A stretch of DNA of 64,000 nucleotides from Eledone cirrhosa (lineage: Eukaryota). The stretch's first letter is position 1; each line of letters begins with the position of its first letter. Both the position numbers and the translations under genes were made by a program. Location of the stretch: positions 305,722,001-305,786,000 of the forward strand of contig OZ024741.1 in NCBI GenBank assembly GCA_964016885.1, read 5' to 3'. Below the pieces are notes generated by a model, which made no database searches, was not told the origin of the DNA, and worked only from the letters and a program-made list of their open reading frames with translations. This document shows positions 52,606 through 61,112 of the stretch, piece by piece.

Positions 52606-53187
52606 CTATAAATAAAAACATAGCTTTATTAGTCATTATCACCACTGCCACTAGCCTCTACATGGTCCTTATTGTCTAATATTCATTTCCCCTGCTAGCA
52701 AGGGTAGGATGTGTCATCATAGACCAGTTAGTACTAAAGCAGAACCATAAACTTCCAAGAGGGCTGGGGGTATGTATCCTGCTTACATTATTAATTCCAG
52801 CCCAAGGGCGGTGGATTGGCAGTATCGGTAGAGGATCGGACCTGCTTTCCAGCATAGTTACGTCCCTTTACGGACTGAGTTCAAATCCCGCCAAGGTTAA
52901 CTTTGCCTTTCATCCTTACGGGGTCGATAAAATAAAGTACCAGTAATACACTGGGATAATTGCTGGCCTTGTGCCAAAAAGTAGAAACAATTAATTCCAG
53001 CCCTCTTGAAAGTTTATGGTTCTGCTTTAGTACTAACTGGTCTATGATGACACATCCTACCCTTGCTAGCAGGGGAAATGAATATTAGACAATAAGGACG
53101 ATGTAGAGGCTAGTGGCAGTGATGATAATGATTAATACAGCTATGTTTTTATTTATAGCCGAAAGACAATTTAAAAATCAACCCTTG
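52577..53187. repeat. ~190-bp inverted duplication of host intron/exon sequence, SINE in the loop
   Basis: 52577-52767 is the reverse complement of 52997-53187 with 7 mismatches by manual alignment. Confidence 0.95.
52804..52990 (+). mobile_element. Young SINE with TSD ATTAATTCCAGCCC
   Basis: Family sequence; 14-bp duplication on both sides. Confidence 0.9.
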
Positions 53188-53373
53188 GTGGATTGGCAGA
53201 ATAGGTAGAGAGTCGGACGCCATGCTTTCCAGCATAGTTATGTTCCTTTACGATCTGAGTTCAAATCTCGCCAAGGTTAACTTTGCCTTTCATCCTTACG
53301 GGGTTGATAAAATAAAGTACCAGTAATGTACTGGGTTATTGCTGGCCTTGTGCCAAAAGTAGAAACAATTATT
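53186..53373 (+). mobile_element. Young SINE
   Basis: Family sequence; its 5' end abuts the inverted duplication. Confidence 0.88.
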
Positions 53374-54305
53374 AATTACTCCAATGGGCTTGACATATGA
53401 TCCCATGCTGTACTGAGTGCATTTTAACACCAACATTAAAGATGTTGTCATGTCTTTGAGACAGCTAAAGACTCCTCTCAATCCTTTATTTGGCAAGTTT
53501 TCTAAAGCTGAATGCCCTTTCAATCACCAACCACTTTACAAAATACTGAATATCAATTAGATATACCTGAATATCAATTAGATATACCTAAAAATCATCT
53601 ACAAAAATGCTGCACATGACTTACTGAAGTCACCAGGGAGGCTATTGAGAAGAACATCAAAAACTTAGGCATCAAAGAGGCAATTCTATCAAAAGGTTTA
53701 AACAAATTATGAATAACAAATTTGAGTTACATGGGATGTCTGGCTACTGTGACCACTGGTTTGTGCATGTCACTTTTCCACTGACTGACTTTCACTACCG
53801 GTTTATAATACAAAAAGGGACAGCTTATAAGAACAAGTCTCTTCAATTTTCTTTTTGTTTATTAAAGAGCTTCTAACTCTGAAATATGAAATATAAAGTT
53901 TTAAAAAATAGAAAAAATGTTTTTTTTTGTCATTCTAACTTTACTCTAGAGCTGCTACTGAGAGATCACAGCTCCGATACTATGGGCATGTGGCTAGAAT
54001 GTCTTAGGAAAGAATCGCTGGACAGATTTTATGGGCTAAACCAACAGGTTCAGGGGTAGACCCTGAGCAAGATGGTTGGATAACATCCATGAACTCAGAT
54101 TATTTAGCTTAGGGATCCAGCTGGATCAGAGGGAGTGTTTGAGGACTCTGTCCCCATGACCCTCTCAAGAAGAAGAACAGCAACAACAACAACTTTACTC
54201 TACACTAGTTCTACCATTATATTTCTTATTCACATTGTACCAGCATTCATCAAACATTCTTAACCACATATCTCCCAATGGATCATTTAGACTACACTAC
54301 TTTGT

Positions 54306-54533
54306 TTAACCCTTTAGTGTTTAAACCGGTCATATCCAGCCAGAATTCTCTCACCTTTTTCTGTTCAAACCAGCTATAACCAGACGCTCATACTTATGTT
54401 AAGGTATCGTTCTCAAAATAAATAATATCAAAATCTCATAGATTCGATACTATGTGAGGTAAAACCTTGCCCGTGAAAATATAATAGTAAATATTATATT
54501 ATATATAGAGTAATGTAAATGCTAAAGGGTTAA
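54306..54533. mobile_element. TTAA-flanked MITE
   Basis: Same TIRs and body as 38364-38578. Confidence 0.8.
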
Positions 54534-54544
54534 AGCTCTTTTTT

Positions 54545-55127
54545 ATATTTTAATTTTATTACTTCTCTGAGTAGATAATTTATTAATATATCTTATCCTT
54601 TAATTGAGATGTTTACGTATTAGAGACAGTTAACTTTATAAATTAGTATTAACTGCTCCATCATTGTTGAGCTGATTTAGACGGTTTTGGCTGCTATTTC
54701 TAGCGTCAATATAAGGTCGTTGTATTGTCCTAATACATTGAGTGTGATATATTCATACAATAACTCAGCGTTGCAACACATTGCTTCATCATGTGGTCTA
54801 GCAATGAAATGGTATGTATGATATATATTCAACTTGTCCCCTTATTCCTAAGTAAGAATTCTCCTCTCGATGAAGGAACTGTAATTCTTCCAATATTGGT
54901 TATTCCAGTGTCTTGGTATTGTTTCTTGAGTTCCAGAAAGCATGGTCAGAAAACTGTATAATTAAAACAGACTTATTTTAGTTGGTCTAGCTTATATCCC
55001 CAAAACTGAGATTTTGGTTTGAGTTTAATATATTTTATTATTTCACTGAGTTGATAATTTATTAATATATCTTAACCTTTCATTGAGATATTTACTTATT
55101 AGAGACAGTTAACTTTATAAATTAATA
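54545..55127 (+). mobile_element. Possible Penelope-like remnant: ~100-bp direct repeats around a hammerhead-like motif
   Basis: 54545-54650 ~ 55030-55127; cgatga-aggaact...agttcc-a-gaaagcatggtc at 54868-54947. Confidence 0.45.
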
Positions 55128-55279
55128 TATATATATATGAGCAGCAGGATGTAGTCACCTGACCTGTCTAACCTCAGTACATGACAACCTGCTTAACTCA
55201 TGCAAGCATGCTTAAAAAACGATGATGATGATGGTATTGATATATATATGCCTCCATATATATATATATAGTATATAAT

Positions 55280-55442
55280 AATAATTGTTTCTACTTTTGG
55301 CACAAGGCCAGCAATTACCCAGTACATTACTGGTACTTTTTTTATCGACCCCGTAAGGATGAAAGGATTTGAACTCAAAGGGACGTAACTATGCTGGAAA
55401 GCATGGCGTCCGACCCTTTACCAATACTACCAATTCACCGCC

Positions 55443-55443
<1 letters not shown>
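55280..55443 (-). mobile_element. SINE with internal deletions
   Basis: Family sequence, reverse complement. Confidence 0.85.
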
Positions 55444-55492
<49 letters not shown>

Positions 55493-55493
<1 letters not shown>

Positions 55494-55818
55494 TTCGACA
55501 CAAGAGTGCAAGAGAAGGAGAGGGAGAAAATTAACCGATACCAGGACTTAAAGTGGGCGGTAAAAAGGATTTGGAACTGCCATGAAGTCAAAGTGATCCC
55601 GATTGTCATAGGCGCACTGGGTACTATCTCAAAAAGTTTCCAGGGATGGTTAAAGAAAATTGGCCCCTTCACGCTTTTTGGAACGCCTCAAAAGGCATGC
55701 TTGCTGGGAACAGCAAGAACCCTCCGATACGTCCTGAATATCTGAGGCTGCAGGTAGTGGCTTGATATTCATTTCAACAAACTTTCCAGTTAACTAACAT
55801 CAATGACTGAGACTCAAA

Positions 55819-55820
<2 letters not shown>
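55493..55820 (+). mobile_element. 5'-truncated R4/Dong-clade non-LTR retrotransposon in (TAA)n
   Basis: EKINRYQDLK.AVKRIW...VIPIVIGALG...QKACLLGTARTLR is the typical RLE C-terminus of the R4 clade; (AAT)n on both sides. Confidence 0.85.
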
Positions 55821-55859
<39 letters not shown>

Positions 55860-55864
<5 letters not shown>

Positions 55865-56043
55865 TGTTTCTACTTTAGGCACAAGGCCAGCAATTATCCA
55901 GTGCATTACTGGTACTTTATTTTATCGACCCCGTAAGGATGAAAGGCAAAGTCAACCTCGGCGGGATTTGAACTCAGATCGTAAAGGGACGTAACTATGC
56001 TGGAAAGCATGGCGTCCGACCCTCTACCGATACTGCCAATCCA
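55860..56043 (-). mobile_element. Young SINE in (AAT)n
   Basis: Family sequence, reverse complement. Confidence 0.88.
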
Positions 56044-56234
56044 CAATAATAATAATAATAACGGCTTCTTATATAGGCACAAGGCCATCAATTTTGGGGG
56101 AGGGGAAAGTCGATTAAATCGACTCCATTGCGTGACTGGTACTTTATTTTATCAACCTCGTAAGGATGAAAGGCAAAGTTAACTAGCGATACTGCCAATC
56201 CAATAATAATAATAGTTAAACTTATATATATATA

Positions 56235-56710
56235 CTAGCTGAATTACCCGCGCGTTGCTGTGTTTCACACATTTTTTTTTAAAGAAAATGATGATTGATT
56301 TTAAATCAGTGATATAATTTATGGAGAAAAAACTCTGCATTTCAATATTACTCAATGTAAAATGTAATGCATGAAACATTGGAAAACATTACTTTTTGTA
56401 ATATATCAAATCAAAATTACTTTATTAAATCTTATTCTTATTTTGTTTCTTGTAAATAATTTTTTCAAAAATATCAATTCAAAACTTGATCATTTCATTT
56501 TTGTATAAAGCATTATTTTCAAATTAGAAATTCAAAGTTCCAAGTTATGGACTTCCAAAATTTTAACCCCCATTAGGGTGTCTTAATATCTTGTCATTTA
56601 CCTATGGTTTAAATTTCATATAAATCGAAGGGAAAACATTTTCAGCAGGGGTTTTCAGTGGGGCTTGTGCCCCAGGGGAACCCTTTGATTAAAATGAAAT
56701 ATACTTAAGA
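56235..56710 (-). mobile_element. Probable Helitron-like non-autonomous fragment
   Basis: Minus-strand end reads cagcaacgcgcgggtaattcagCTAGT; the other boundary is uncertain. Confidence 0.4.
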
Positions 56711-57058
56711 GCCCACCAAATTGTGTCACAAGGCACTCTGTCAAAAGCTTTCTCCAGATCAACAAATGCCAGGTAGAGAGGCTTACTTTTAGCTAGGTAC
56801 TTTTCCTGTAACTGTCTCACAAGAGGGCATCAGTGGTGCTTTGCCTGGTACAAATCTAAAGTGCATCTCTTCTAGATTTACCCTGTCCCTAATCAACTGT
56901 GACTCTTTCTGTTACTTTCATGACCTGGTCCATCAGTTTTATACCCCTATAGTTACCTCTATCTCGTGCATCTCCTTTAACTTTGTAACAATTGACAATG
57001 ATGATGCTGCGCCAATCATTTGGTACGACACCATCTAGTATTACTTGGAATATATATA

Positions 57059-58093
57059 TGTAGCTAGAGTCAGAACTGGATGGAAAAAGTTCAGAGAGCT
57101 TATACCACTATTAGCCGCTAAAGGGTTCTCCCTAAAAGTGAAAGGCAGGTTGTATGATGCCTGCATACGAACAGCAATGTTGCATGGCAGTGAGACCTGG
57201 GCATTGTGCGCAGAGGATATACGCAGACTAGAGAGGAACGAAGCTTGCATGCTCCGCTGGATGTGTAATAGTAACATACGTGAACGGCAAAGCATAAACG
57301 AACTAAGGAAAAAATTAGAAATAAGAGGGATCAGATGTTGTTTACTCGAGAGAAGGCTACGTTGGTATGGTCACGTGATGCGCATGAAAGACGACAGCTG
57401 TATAACAAAGTGCAGGGCAATAAAGATAGATGGTAGCCACGGAGTAGGCAGACCCAGAAAAACCTGGGACGAGCTGATAAATTCCGACCTCACACACTTA
57501 CACCTCTCCAAGACAATGTCACTGGACCGAGAGCTTTGGCGGTACTCAGTAATAGAGAAGACCCGCGTTACCTAAATACAAAGTAAAACCTACTACAGTC
57601 AGTAGGCATCTCTAACAAAATACACCCCCGTCCCACCACCCCACCCCATCCACACCGCCCCTTTCAATGTAAAGTTATGTTGGTGCCACAAAATCCAGGC
57701 CGAAACAAATGAGATCGTGTAGGTGTCACGACAAAAAAAAAAACAAAAAAAAACACACAGTCCACACTGTAATGTGACCGTGTAGGCAACACGGTAAAAA
57801 CGTCCCAGTCCCACACTGTAAATGTGGTTGGTGTTAGGAAGGGCATCCAGCTGTAGAAAACCTGCCAGACAGTCCACGCTGTAATGTGGCCGTGTAGGCA
57901 ACCCGGTAAAAACCTCCCAGCCCCACACTGTAAATGTGGTTGGTGTTAGGAAGGGCATCCAACTGTAGAAAACCCGCCAAACAGTCCTATGCGAGCAAGA
58001 CAACCACTCTTGCCTCAAGTGAGAAAACTCCCGTCCAAACCCATGCAAGCATGGAACACGGACGTTAAACGATGATGATGATGATGATGATGA
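57059..58093 (+). mobile_element. 5'-truncated RTE LINE (RT C-terminus, 3' UTR, (GAT)n tail)
   Basis: ARVRTGWKKFREL...LHGSETW...RRLRWYGHVMRM...GRPRKTW; nearly identical to the copy at 61113-61990. Confidence 0.93.
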
Positions 58094-58098
58094 TATAT

Positions 58099-58464
58099 AT
58101 AAATTAATAAAAATAATGAATAAAAACAAACAAGTTCCTTATATTAAAAAATTCATCATTTTACAATCGTTTCTAGGATATATATGTGTGTTGGTATGTA
58201 TATCATATAGATCTATGTAAAAATATTACAAACTATCAGAGGAAATATACATACCTTCACATATATATGCTGTCTTCAGAAATGATGACAGCATATATAT
58301 GTGAAGGTATGTATATTTCCTCTGATAGTTTGTAATATTTTTACATAGATCTATATAATATACATACCAACACACATATATATCCTAGAAACGATCGTAA
58401 AATGATGAATTTTTAATATAAGGAACTTGTTCTTTGTTTTTATTCATTGTTTTTATTAATTTAT
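58099..58464. repeat. Fold-back palindrome, ~178-bp arms, GAAA loop
   Basis: Arms are reverse complements around tgtc-t-tca-GAAA-tga-t-gaca at 58271-58290. Confidence 0.95.
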
Positions 58465-58723
58465 CTTAACTCTGTTTTCCTATGATTTTCATCGAAAATT
58501 TTTGAATGTATCTTCTCTTTTCATATTTGGATTACATTGAGTTCTTCATATGGATTGGACATTACCGTATATTTTGGTAGATTTATCTACATATATAATA
58601 CATCTGTTACCAGATAAATTGGCTTCAATATATTTAGGAAAAAGTTCAAATAAAATTGCGTAGCATTCAATACAGTAGCAAAAAGTGATCTAGAACTGAA
58701 CTGATAATCAATCAATGACTTAC

Positions 58724-58922
58724 CATTAGCATACAGTGCAAGGGATATAGACACTGTAACTTTAAGTTTGTGGGTTATTGGATTTACACCACTGTTTATA
58801 TTATCTAAATCTAGAAATTCATCGTTAATTAAAACATCCATATTTGTGGGGTTATCTTCGTTTTCATTTGACTGCTGCTGCTCCACATTTTTATTAGTAT
58901 CATCCCGTGGGGCTGATTCCAT
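58724..58922 (-). CDS. CFAP92: CFAP92/KIAA1257-like ciliary protein, first coding exon (whole exon 58724-58977 including 5' UTR)
   Basis: ATG at 58922, reads MESAPRDD...HKLKVTVSISLALYAN, donor G|gtaagt at 58723, acceptor tttacag at 58978. The VTVSISLA segment resembles the start of the conserved CFAP92 region; phase 1 joins the next exon. Confidence 0.7.
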
Positions 58923-59476
58923 ACTACAAAAACTTTCTGGTAATTTCTGCAGATTTTCAACTCATCAATTGTAATATCTGTAAAAGATCAACATAGCCAA
59001 AGAAATGATTTCTGCATGTATTGAAACTAGAATCAAGTGATTTGAAGAAACATTATTTCATTACCAGACATACTTTTATCCAAGATTCAAAAAACATTAC
59101 CTCAAAACAGGGTGTACCATTACCCATTGTCTCTTTCAAAGTTAAGAGAAACAATTTAAAAAAAAAAAAAGATTATCTCTAGAGATTACAACTCCAGTAC
59201 TATGGACATGTAGTTAGAATGTCTCAGGAAATCATTGCTGGACAGATTTTACGGGCAAAACTAACTGGCAGGAGACCCAGGGGTAGAACCCTTCAGTATA
59301 TTTCAGTGTGTGTGTATATATATATATATATACATATGTTAGTTAAGTGCGTAACTACAGTTACAGGTGGCATGCCATTCCAAGAACTCAATGCAATTAT
59401 GAGGTCCATCTTGAGTGGGGTTGGGTTGTATTCCAGAATTAAGGCAGCTATAATTTGCAGAGTGTAAATAAGTACG

Positions 59477-59675
59477 TAGAATCCAAGTCAGTGTTGCATC
59501 ATATGTGGAAGCTTTAGTGACATATCACAATTGTTTCAATATCGATCAGTTCAGGGTACAGTCATAATGACCGGGACCCAACTCTTCTTGGACATCTCAG
59601 ATATACGAGTTCATATGTGCAAAGACCCATCCAAACAAAGTTTCTACATATGCCGCAACACTGACTTTGATTCTA
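59477..59675. repeat. Inverted repeat, ~39-bp arms, ~120-bp spacer
   Basis: tagaatccaagtcagtgttgc...ggaagcttt versus aaagtttctacatatgccgcaacactgactttgattcta. Confidence 0.8.
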
Positions 59676-59820
59676 TTCATATATATATATAAGAAAATGA
59701 GTTTTTTTTAAATAAAATATATATTAATTATGTGGAGAGATGCTGTGCTGAATAGGACTCGTCCCACCCTTCCAAGGAGGGAAAAGCAGACGTAAAATGA
59801 TGATGATGATGATGATATAT

Positions 59821-60110
59821 ATATATATTTATATAAGGAAAAGAAATTGAAAATGCAACTGGATTCTTTTAAGAATGTTTATTTATTTACTTTACTGGTT
59901 TTACAGTTCTTATGCTTCTCGAAAGTAAAATTGAAATGGAGCATTTGTGTTTCTGTTGTGAGACAAACCACAACAGAAACACAAATCCTCCATTTCAATT
60001 TTACTTTTGAGAAGCATAAGAACTGTAAAACCAGTAAAGTAAATAAATAAACATTCTTAAAAGAATCCAGTTGCATTTTCAATTTCTTTTCCTTATATAA
60101 ATATATATAT
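59821..60110. repeat. Fold-back palindrome, ~140-bp arms, 8-nt loop, in (TA)n
   Basis: Arms are reverse complements around agacaaac (59961-59968); both strands give near-identical ORF peptides. Confidence 0.95.
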
Positions 60111-60216
60111 ATATATATATAAGTATGTATATGTACATACATATATGTATACAGACGTACAGTAGTATGTATATATACATACATGCACACATATATATAT
60201 GTACGTATGGATTCAC

Positions 60217-60480
60217 CGAACATTTATTATAATGCTCGGTGTGTTTGTAAACAAACATCCCGTATTAAGCCGTACAGTGTCTAGCAACCATCGTTGCTCA
60301 TTTGTTCAACACTGACAAAGGAACGCTGTACCAGTTTCAAGCTTATTAGCTATCGTCAGCAACGTATACCTTCCTGCCAGATGATTGAACGTCTGAAAGT
60401 ATATACTTTCCTTATGCCCATTAACGGCTGAGCAGCCTAATTTGCATATCGAGTGAGTTAATCGGCCGGGGTACCGAAAA
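60217..60480 (-). promoter_or_regulatory. Candidate promoter and non-coding first exon of the CFAP92-like gene
   Basis: Non-repetitive, locally CpG-richer island. Fox-type TGTTTGTAAACAAACA (60242-60257), X-box-like GTGTCTAGCAAC (60277-60288), ATTTGCAT octamer (~60440), minus-strand donor CG|gtgaat at 60216. Confidence 0.4.
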
Positions 60481-60482
60481 CG

Positions 60483-60570
60483 ATAAACGGAAAAAATGAA
60501 ACAAAATTTCATTTCTCACTCTTAGTACTAAGAGTGAGAAATGAAATTTTGTTTCATTTTTTCCGTTTAT
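60483..60570. repeat. Perfect 88-bp spacerless palindrome
   Basis: Centred on cttagtactaag; right arm runs into (TA)n. Confidence 0.95.
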
Positions 60571-60751
60571 ATATATATATATATGTATGTATGCATATAT
60601 ATATATGTCAAGCAGGGAAAGGCAGACGTAAAATGATGATGATGATGATGAATATATATATATATATATACGTATGTATGTATGCATGTATATGTATATA
60701 TATATATATATGTATGTATATGTATGCATATATATATTAATATATATATAT

Positions 60752-61090
60752 GGAGGCACATGGCTTAGTGGTTAGAGCATTGGCCTTGCAATCGAAAGGT
60801 TGTGAGTTCAATTCTCAGACTGGGTGATGTGTTGTTTCCTTGAGCAAGACACTTTATTTCACATTGCTCCAGTTTACTCAGCTGTAGAAATGAGATGATA
60901 GGGACAGGAATCCTTATCATTCCACTGCAAAGTGGTCGTGGAGGTGCCACAGCAAAAAAGCACCCAGCACTCACTGTAAATGAGGTTGGGTTAGGAAGGG
61001 CATCCAGCTGTAGAAATCAAGCCAGAATCAGTTCCCGTCCCACCCTTGCAAGCAGGGAAAAAGCGGACATAAAATGGAATGATGATGAAA
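60752..61090 (+). mobile_element. tRNA-derived SINE with an RTE-derived 3' tail
   Basis: tggcttagtgg A-box, gagttcaattc B-box, ccttgagcaagacac core; tail ttaggaagggcatccagctgtagaaa...gatgatg shared with the RTE 3' UTR. Confidence 0.8.
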
Positions 61091-61112
61091 TGATGATATA
61101 CGTATGCATATA

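Noticed and set aside
55427-56182. Poly-Ile/Leu/Asn ORFs
   Set aside because: (AAT)n microsatellite and SINE translation.
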